DNA of 64,000 nt from Candidatus Omnitrophota bacterium. GTDB lineage: Bacteria; Omnitrophota; Gorgyraeia; Gygaellales; Gygaellaceae. The DNA lies in NCBI GenBank assembly GCA_018400015.1, contig JAGYNB010000001.1, positions 264,124-328,123 of the forward strand, written 5' to 3'. The notes beneath the pieces were generated by a model. That model was not told the DNA's origin and searched no databases. It saw only the letters and a list, made by a program, of their open reading frames with translations. How positions within the stretch are numbered: the first letter of the stretch is position 1; each line of letters opens with the position of its first letter. The position numbers and the translations under genes are program-made. Shown one piece after another: positions 57,480 to 64,000 of the stretch.

Positions 57480-57503
57480 AGTTACCTCCTTTGACAATTG
57501 TTA

Positions 57504-57555
57504 TGTTACTTTACGATTGACAAATGAATTATAACATATGATTTACGTTTGTCAA
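57504..57555 (-). promoter_or_regulatory. glnA promoter with direct and inverted repeats
   Basis: Minus strand TTGACA-N16-TATAAT with TG extension; direct repeat TTTACGWTTGWCAA at 57510 and 57542; TGTTA-N9-TGACA at 57504-57522. Confidence 0.7.
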
Positions 57556-57651
57556 GTAGTTTTTATATTATTTTTGCTGTTATATTCAATTGAAAAAAAC
57601 CCTTGTTTGTATATATTTTTGGCAATAGAATAGTAATAACAGGAGGTTGCT

Positions 57652-59091
57652 ATGGCTGGTAAAATTATAGTTGTTGGTGCAGGAATTGGCGGTTTGGCTA
57701 CAGCAGCAAGATTATCAAGCAAGGGGTATGATGTTGAAGTGTTTGAGAAACTTCCTGTATGTGGAGGCAGAAACAATATAATAGAAGATAGAGGTTTTAA
57801 GTTTGATACAGGGCCTTCGTTTGTTTTGATGCCGGATTTTTTCGAAGAATTGTTTACATATTGCAATAAAGATATCAAAGATTATTTGGATTTAAAGGTA
57901 TTGGACCCAAGCTACAAGATTTTTTATCCGGATTCAGATGTTTTAACTGTTTTTAAAGATAGCGATAAAACCAAAGAGGAGCTGGAAAGAATAGAAAAGG
58001 GCGCTGCAAAAGGCTTTGATGGCTTTATCCGCGAGACCACCCGGCTTTATAATATAACTAGACCTTTATTGTACAAGTGCTTTTCTAAAAAAACCCTTTT
58101 TGACGTTAGATACCTACCGTTATTATTTAAGCTTAATCCTTTAAAAAGTTACTGGGATATTGCCAAGAAGTTTTTTAAAAGCGAGAAACTGCTTTATGCA
58201 TTTACTTTTGAGGCGATGTTTATGGGGGTTTCTCCTTTTAATGCTCCGGGTTTTTATAGTATTATCAGCTATGCCGACCATGTGCAAAAAATCTTTCATC
58301 CTATGGGCGGGATGTATGAAATACCCAAAAGCCTTGAGAAGATTTGTTTAGAAAACGGTGTGAAGATTCACTATAATTCACCGGTTAGTAAAATAAATAA
58401 GATCAACCGCAAGCTAAGCATTTCAACAGATACTATGATTACTGAAGCAGATAAAGTTGTTGTAAACGCCGATTATTCTTATACTCAGGAAAGTCTTTTA
58501 AAAAGAAAACTGCCTGATTATAAATATAGCTGCAGCGTATATCTGATTTATTTGGGTTTAAAGAAGAAATTAGGTCCTTTAGCGCATCATAATCTGTTTT
58601 TTTCTTCAAATCTTATAAAGAACCTGGATGAGATCTTTTCCTTAAAGAATGTTCCTGGCGATCCGTCTTTTTATATTCATGTGCCTACGGTTACAGATTC
58701 CAGTTTGGCTCCGGAAGGCAAGGAGATACTATATTTATTGATTCCCGTGCCTAATCTGGATAATCCAAAAGAAGATTTTTACTCAAAAGAGATTTATTTA
58801 AGGAATATTGTGTTTAATAAGATAAATAAAACCCTTGATATAAATCTGGAAGATTTAATTGAAGTCGAGCATAGGTTTTACCCCAAGGATTTCATCGGAA
58901 AATACAATATCAAATTTGGTGCAACCTTTGGTCTGGCCCATAATCTTATGCAGAGTGCTTTTTTTAGGCCTGTAAATTTCGACAATAAGTTCAGGAATCT
59001 TTATTTTGTAGGTGCAAGTACCCAGCCAGGTGGTGGATTGCCGGTTGTTATAGCAGCATCGAGAATAGTGGCAGATTTGATAACTCTTTAA
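57652..59091 (+). CDS. crtI: Phytoene desaturase family
   Basis: GAGIGGL, FKFDTGPS, PMGGM, HHNLFF, PSFYIHVP..TD.SLAPEG, GATFGLAHNLMQSAFFRP, LYFVGASTQPGGGLP. Confidence 0.9.
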   Translation: MAGKIIVVGAGIGGLATAARLSSKGYDVEVFEKLPVCGGRNNIIEDRGFKFDTGPSFVLMPDFFEELFTYCNKDIKDYLDLKVLDPSYKIFYPDSDVLTVFKDSDKTKEELERIEKGAAKGFDGFIRETTRLYNITRPLLYKCFSKKTLFDVRYLPLLFKLNPLKSYWDIAKKFFKSEKLLYAFTFEAMFMGVSPFNAPGFYSIISYADHVQKIFHPMGGMYEIPKSLEKICLENGVKIHYNSPVSKINKINRKLSISTDTMITEADKVVVNADYSYTQESLLKRKLPDYKYSCSVYLIYLGLKKKLGPLAHHNLFFSSNLIKNLDEIFSLKNVPGDPSFYIHVPTVTDSSLAPEGKEILYLLIPVPNLDNPKEDFYSKEIYLRNIVFNKINKTLDINLEDLIEVEHRFYPKDFIGKYNIKFGATFGLAHNLMQSAFFRPVNFDNKFRNLYFVGASTQPGGGLPVVIAASRIVADLITL

Positions 59092-59936
59092 TAAAGCTTA
59101 CTTAATTTTCTAATGTATTTGATCACTGCGTTAGTTGTAACATCAGGTGTAGAAGCCCCTGCAGTTACGCCAACACTTTTTACATTTTTAAGCCACTCTT
59201 TTTTAATATCAGTAGGTTTATTAACCCAGTAACTGTTTTTATTAAGTTCACGTGAGATTTGATAAAGCCTTTTTGTATTGGCGCTGTGTTTAGATCCGAT
59301 AATGATCATCACATCGTTTTCTAACGGGAGTTTCTTTATTTCTTTTTGTTTGAGCCTGGTAGGGTTACAGATGGTGTTAAAAAACATAAGGTGTTTTATG
59401 ACTTTTTTTAAATTATTTGAAACTCGCATCACCTTATTGTAATTTTGCGTAGATTGAACGACAACAGCTGCTTTTTTTACTTTTTTCAATGTTTTTAAAG
59501 GCAGTTTATGTTTTGTATCAATTAAAATAGCTTTTTTATCCAGCTGTCCAAGGATACCCAGGACCTCATCGTGTTTTTTGTCCCCGATAACTATTATCTT
59601 ATAACCTTTCTTTTCCATGGTCACAGCTATGTTATGGATTTCTTTTACCATGGGACAGGTGGCGTCTACAATGTTATATCCTAATTTATTAGCAGAGTTT
59701 ATTGTTTGTTTCCCTACCCCGTGTGCCCTGACAAGTAAGAGTTTATTTGTGCCCTTTTTTAGCTTAGTGACTTTTTTGATTCCGATTTTACTGATTTGTT
59801 TTACAACATCTTCGTTGTGTACGATATCTCCGAGCATCTCTACATTAAGGTGGGGTTTTTTGGTTTCATGGGCAATTTTTAAAGCGCGTTTTACCCCGAA
59901 GCAAAAACCAGCTGATTTTGCAAGATTGATTTTCAT
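59088..59936 (-). CDS. ispH: 4-hydroxy-3-methylbut-2-enyl diphosphate reductase
   Basis: AGFCFGVKRA, IVHN, RAHG, DATCP, TIC..T..Q, SANT, TAGASTP. Confidence 0.96.
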   Translation of the reverse strand: MKINLAKSAGFCFGVKRALKIAHETKKPHLNVEMLGDIVHNEDVVKQISKIGIKKVTKLKKGTNKLLLVRAHGVGKQTINSANKLGYNIVDATCPMVKEIHNIAVTMEKKGYKIIVIGDKKHDEVLGILGQLDKKAILIDTKHKLPLKTLKKVKKAAVVVQSTQNYNKVMRVSNNLKKVIKHLMFFNTICNPTRLKQKEIKKLPLENDVMIIIGSKHSANTKRLYQISRELNKNSYWVNKPTDIKKEWLKNVKSVGVTAGASTPDVTTNAVIKYIRKLSKLY

Positions 59937-60799
59937 GATAGGTTCCTTAAGATATGCTTTAATAGGGTCATTATTTTTTTTATATTACTGACGTATATTC
60001 TTTTTGAGAATACATCATAACCTTTTTTTTCTATTTCTTCAAGAATAAGGGAGTAGATTTCACTCATTAAGGCAACCAACATTCGGAACTGTTTTTGTTT
60101 TATAAGCGCTATGCCTTGTTTTGAATGGAAGTAATAGCTTTTTGCTCTTTTAACCTGCATTTTTAATAGGTCTATAAAATCGTTATTTAAAGTGGAATCT
60201 TTGATATCATTTTCGCATAAATTGTATTGTTTTAATTCGTCAAGCGGCAGGTATATTCTGTTTCTGAAGTAATCTTCTTTTATGTCCCTGATTATATTGG
60301 TTAGTTGCATGGCAATTCCAAGCTCAATTGCGTGTTTTTGGGCGTCTTCATTATCTATGCCGATTATTTTAAGCAGCATAAGCCCGATTACCCCAGCAAC
60401 TTTATAGCAGTAGCTGTAAAGTTCGTTAAAATTACTGTACCTATTTTTATCTAGGTCTATCTCCATTCCTGAGATGAGTTCAATGAAGTATTCTTTTGGT
60501 ATGGAATATTTATTGGTAATGTGTCTGAGTGCCAGAAATAGATTCTCCTTGATTGGCTGGCTGCTATAAGAGATATTTATTTTAGATTTAATGTTATTTA
60601 GCTTATTCGCGGCGTTTACAGGGGTTAAATCAACGGCTTCATCAATGAGTCTACATACTGCATAAATACAGTAACAGGCAATTCTTTTTTCTTTGTTTAA
60701 TACCTTAGAGGCAAAGTAGAATGTCTTGGCGTGTTTTTTGGTTATGTATTGTGCCTTTTTAAAACCTGCCTCAAGTGAGTTTTCGGGTTTACGAATCAT
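59933..60799 (-). CDS. crtB: Phytoene/squalene synthase
   Basis: AKTFYFAS, YAVCRLIDEAVD, YCYKVAGVIG, LGIAMQLTNIIRDIKED..RNRIYLP; start moved to ATG 60799. Confidence 0.92.
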   Translation of the reverse strand: MIRKPENSLEAGFKKAQYITKKHAKTFYFASKVLNKEKRIACYCIYAVCRLIDEAVDLTPVNAANKLNNIKSKINISYSSQPIKENLFLALRHITNKYSIPKEYFIELISGMEIDLDKNRYSNFNELYSYCYKVAGVIGLMLLKIIGIDNEDAQKHAIELGIAMQLTNIIRDIKEDYFRNRIYLPLDELKQYNLCENDIKDSTLNNDFIDLLKMQVKRAKSYYFHSKQGIALIKQKQFRMLVALMSEIYSLILEEIEKKGYDVFSKRIYVSNIKKIMTLLKHILRNLS

Positions 60800-60881
60800 G
60801 AAAGTATTGTACAACTAACTTTGGTTTATTCCAAGAAGGATTTGATTGTATTGTTTTTGGCTTTGCAGTAAAATAGTAGTA

Positions 60882-61190
60882 ATGTCAGATTATATGCTTG
60901 TTTTACTATTATCGGTTTCGGTTCCTTTGGTGCTTAGTTTCTATCCAAAACTTAGATTCTACCAGAATACAAGAGCACTTTTTCTAAGTATAGGCTGTAT
61001 TTTACTTATTTTCGGCTCTTGGGATGTGTTTGCTACCTGGCGCGGGCACTGGTTTTTTAATCCAGAGAAAATTTTTGGTGTCCATGTAATTAATCTTCCC
61101 TTGGAAGAGGTTTTGTTTTTTATCGTGATTCCGTTTTGCTGTATTTTTACCTGGGAAGCCCTTAAGTTCATAAGAAAACGCATAAAATGA
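60882..61190 (+). CDS. Lycopene cyclase domain protein (heterodimeric CrtYc-type subunit)
   Basis: WD......GHWFFNP...G....LPLEEVLFF; hydrophobic; start moved to ATG 60882. Confidence 0.85.
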   Translation: MSDYMLVLLLSVSVPLVLSFYPKLRFYQNTRALFLSIGCILLIFGSWDVFATWRGHWFFNPEKIFGVHVINLPLEEVLFFIVIPFCCIFTWEALKFIRKRIK

Positions 61191-61477
61191 AAGAGTATAC
61201 TATCCTTGCGGCAATTTCTGTTATCGTAACCTGCTATATGGATAAAAAGCTGGATACGAAACTGCTTAAAAACGGACTTTTTTATCTGTTTATAGTTATT
61301 ATTTTCGGTTTTAAGCTGCTTGTTAACGGCTTTCTAACCGGTGAAGGGATCGTGCTTTATAATCCAGATTTTTTTCTGGGAGTTAGAATTACAAGCATTC
61401 CCTTAGAGGATTTTTTATTCGGCTTCAGCATGGTTACAATGAATGTCATCTTTTGGGAAAAATTAAAAAAGGAATGA
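61187..61477 (+). CDS. Lycopene cyclase domain protein (CrtYd-type subunit)
   Basis: NGFLT...IVLYN...LGVRI.SIPLEDFLFGFSM. Confidence 0.85.
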   Translation: MKEYTILAAISVIVTCYMDKKLDTKLLKNGLFYLFIVIIFGFKLLVNGFLTGEGIVLYNPDFFLGVRITSIPLEDFLFGFSMVTMNVIFWEKLKKE

Positions 61478-62340
61478 AAAAGATAATTTTTATATTAGGA
61501 CTCTTATTGTTAGTTACAGTAAATATTGTTTTTTGTTTTGATTGGCGTAGTCTGCATGAAAAGGCCACCGTAAACGATTTAAAAGATCTTGATTCTGTAA
61601 AGCTGGACCCGCTTGAGAAAACCTATATACAAGCTTTAATTAATTTAAGTTTACATAATGACGTTAAAGCCAGAGATTTTTTTGAAGACATCCTTGAGAG
61701 AGATTCCAAAAACATTGCTGCCCTCTGGGGCACTGCAGAGGTGTTGCGTAGAGAGCATAAACTTGAAGAAAGCGAAAAGATTTTAAATAAAATTATAAAG
61801 ATAGATAAGGGTTTTGCGCCTGCCTATATAAGCCTTTCTTATATTCAATATATAAATTTGAATTTCGAGGATTCCGTTAGGCTCGCTGCTTATGTTATCA
61901 AACAAGGAAAAGATAAGGTTGGTACGGATAATTATGTCAGGGCTATATTGATGTTTGCAGGCGCCAAGGGGATGATTGCTCATTTTGGCGGGCCATTGTC
62001 AAAGGCAATAAATGGCATAAAAGTTTTTCCTAACTTGAAAAGGGCCGAAAAGATTCTTCCAGATGCTCCTGCGGTTTTATTCGGTTTAGGCAGTTTTTAT
62101 CTGCTTGCTCCTTCGATAATCGGCGGTGATTTGGAAAAAGCAGAGGAATACTTAAGAAAAGCCATAGAAAAAGATCCTTTATTTGTGGATCCATACGTCC
62201 GGCTTGCTCAAGTATATAGATTAAATAACAAAGAGGAAGAGTTCAGCAGGGTTTTAAATAAGGCATTAGAAATCGATCCAAAAAGCGAGCTTGCTCTTGA
62301 TATAAAATCAGGAGAGTGTAATTTTATCTGTTTTAAGTAG
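61474..62340 (+). CDS. Exported tetratricopeptide repeat protein
   Basis: Signal peptide MKKIIFILGLLLLV; TPR helices (ALWGTAEV, AYISLSYI, PYVRLAQVY..ALEIDP); ATGA overlap with previous gene. Confidence 0.8.
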   Translation: MKKIIFILGLLLLVTVNIVFCFDWRSLHEKATVNDLKDLDSVKLDPLEKTYIQALINLSLHNDVKARDFFEDILERDSKNIAALWGTAEVLRREHKLEESEKILNKIIKIDKGFAPAYISLSYIQYINLNFEDSVRLAAYVIKQGKDKVGTDNYVRAILMFAGAKGMIAHFGGPLSKAINGIKVFPNLKRAEKILPDAPAVLFGLGSFYLLAPSIIGGDLEKAEEYLRKAIEKDPLFVDPYVRLAQVYRLNNKEEEFSRVLNKALEIDPKSELALDIKSGECNFICFK

Positions 62341-63375
62341 TTAGTTGAGGATTTTATTGGTCAGGTCTTTAAGAATCTTTTTATAGCGTTTATCCATTCT
62401 TGATTTGTTAAGGAAGGTTTCCACCTTAGTATTTAATTTCACAATTTCTCTTTTTGCGTAAGCCAAAGATCCGCTTTGTATCAACAGTTTTCGCATCTGC
62501 AGAAGGTCTGATTTCTTTACCTTATTTTTATTCAATATTTTTTTAATAATCTGTTTATTTTTGCTGGATATGTTATAGGCGTGCCAAATAAGCAGGGTTT
62601 TTTTTGCTTCTTGAAGATCTGTCAAAGATGATTTGCCGCTTTGTTTTTGTTCGGTGAACATTCCGATTATATCATCTTTTATCTGAAACGCCCTCCCGAG
62701 ATTCAAGCCAATTTTAAATACTTTATTTATTTCTGATTTATTTGCCCCAGCAAGTATTGCTCCTGTTGCCAAAGGTGCGGCAAAGGTATATATGGCTGTT
62801 TTTAAGTCGTATATTTTATATATTTTTTCTTTTTTAATCTTTTCTAAATTCTGAGTGCCGTAAAGAAGTTCAATAAACTCCCCGCTGCCTGTGAATATTG
62901 CAGCTTCTATGAATTTTTTCAACGCCCTTTCTTTTAAGGAGAAATCAACTTTTACGCTTAAGAAAGCATGTATTGCAAGGGCATACATTACATCTCCTAC
63001 GACTATAGCAAGATCGCTACCTGTTGTTTTGGGCGATTTATATCGCTTGAGGTAATTATCAAGCGCTTTATGCATTGAAGGTTTGCCGCGTCTTTTATCC
63101 GACCTGTCGATTATGTCGTCATGAACAAGCATAAAGTCATGCAGGAGCTCCAAAGAAAGAGCAGATCTGTACAGACCAGAAGGGTTACTCTTAGAAAACG
63201 CTTTGAAGCCTACAATTAGAAGCAAAGGGCGGATTCGTTTTCCGGGTCGCAGAAGAAATTCCTTTATATTATTCGATAATATCGGCGAAATTTTCTTCAA
63301 TCCGCAGGTTTTATCTATATCTTTGAGGAATATTTTTAACTCTTGATTAAGTGTATTTTTTATTTTATGCAGCAT
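62341..63375 (-). CDS. Polyprenyl diphosphate synthase (IdsA/CrtE-like)
   Basis: GKRIRP, ELLH...VHDDIIDRSDKRRG, KTAIYT, AFQIKDD; start moved to ATG 63375. Confidence 0.92.
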   Translation of the reverse strand: MLHKIKNTLNQELKIFLKDIDKTCGLKKISPILSNNIKEFLLRPGKRIRPLLLIVGFKAFSKSNPSGLYRSALSLELLHDFMLVHDDIIDRSDKRRGKPSMHKALDNYLKRYKSPKTTGSDLAIVVGDVMYALAIHAFLSVKVDFSLKERALKKFIEAAIFTGSGEFIELLYGTQNLEKIKKEKIYKIYDLKTAIYTFAAPLATGAILAGANKSEINKVFKIGLNLGRAFQIKDDIIGMFTEQKQSGKSSLTDLQEAKKTLLIWHAYNISSKNKQIIKKILNKNKVKKSDLLQMRKLLIQSGSLAYAKREIVKLNTKVETFLNKSRMDKRYKKILKDLTNKILN

Positions 63376-63436
63376 TGTTTTATGATACCATATAGCTAGT
63401 TTAATCACAATCAAATTTACTTAGTTTAACTAAACT

Positions 63437-64000
63437 ATGAATTTACTCAGGGCATTAAGAATCGAGTTTTTAAGCGTGAGTATTCTGCCGTTTATTTTCG
63501 GCAGTCTAGTCGATATAAGCAGTTTTAAGATCTTAACGTTCTGTTTAGGTATGATTTGTGTTATTTTTATGCATCTAAGCGCTAACTTGATTAACGATTA
63601 TGCAGATTCTTGCTATGGAGCGGATAATATCGATAAGAGGTTTTATAAACTTTTCGGCGGGTCAAAACTTATACAGGAGGGCGTTTACTCGAAACTGTTT
63701 TTCCTAAGACTGTCAATTGGCCTTGCTTTAGTTAGTTTTATAATGGCGATTAGCTTATCTATTTTGGTAAAAAGTTTTATTCCCGTAGTTTCTTTTCTGG
63801 TTATAGTTTTTCTCGGTTGGTCTTATTCTGTAGGTTTTTTTCGCTTTGTTTACAGGAGAACGGGAGAGCTTATTATATTTACTCTTTTTGGCCCGGCAAT
63901 AGTAATGGGAGCTTTCTTTTTACAGACAGGAGTATTCCCTAGTTTTAAGGCGTTTATATTATCAATACCTTTTGGTTTTTTAACAACATCGATTTTATTT
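63437..64000 (+). CDS. UbiA-superfamily prenyltransferase, MenA-like; runs off the window (not in ORF track)
   Basis: Open frame MNLLRALRIEFLSVSILP...ANLINDYADSCYGAD...FGGS...GWSYS...GE. Confidence 0.8.
   Translation, partial: MNLLRALRIEFLSVSILPFIFGSLVDISSFKILTFCLGMICVIFMHLSANLINDYADSCYGADNIDKRFYKLFGGSKLIQEGVYSKLFFLRLSIGLALVSFIMAISLSILVKSFIPVVSFLVIVFLGWSYSVGFFRFVYRRTGELIIFTLFGPAIVMGAFFLQTGVFPSFKAFILSIPFGFLTTSILF

Noticed and set aside
57552-57878. 108-aa minus-strand ORF upstream of glnA
   Set aside because: Mostly antisense to the crtI 5' end and spans the promoter region; no coding signature.
1-64000. CRISPR arrays, tRNA/rRNA genes, IS elements, long tandem repeats
   Set aside because: None seen by eye; intergenic gaps are short and mostly explained by promoters and terminators.

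Overview
A low-GC, gene-dense bacterial chromosomal window from a probable anaerobe (superoxide reductase, rubrerythrins, ORP-like operon, minimal SufCB, many B12-dependent radical SAM enzymes). A candidate-phylum host such as Omnitrophota is a guess from gene content only. I saw no rRNA, tRNA, CRISPR array, integrase or transposase. In order: two cold-shock genes; a B12 radical SAM, GNAT and deacetylase; ilvD; nptA-phoU; a multi-PAS kinase and receiver; a Fur-led ORP-like operon; an amidase; a CBS-permease-EIIA trio; manC; rlmN; a roughly 24 kb surface-glycan locus (ligase, Wzm/Wzt, five radical SAM genes, five glycosyltransferases, WecA-like); an Rrf2-Nfu-SufCB/oxidative stress operon; ldh; an HTH-fused glnA; and a carotenoid/isoprenoid cluster. 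The best candidate for an undescribed system is the glycan locus. An unrecognised domain of about 210 aa occurs four times: twice on the Wzt C-terminus and once on each of two radical SAM proteins. The locus also holds a triple radical SAM/SPASM protein with a CBM and a pseudo-enzyme apparently split across two genes. Other highlights are a DNA-binding domain fused to glutamine synthetase with repeats over its own promoter, and an unannotated Cys-containing 21-aa leader ORF ahead of the Fe-S operon. All homology calls were made by eye, without database searches.
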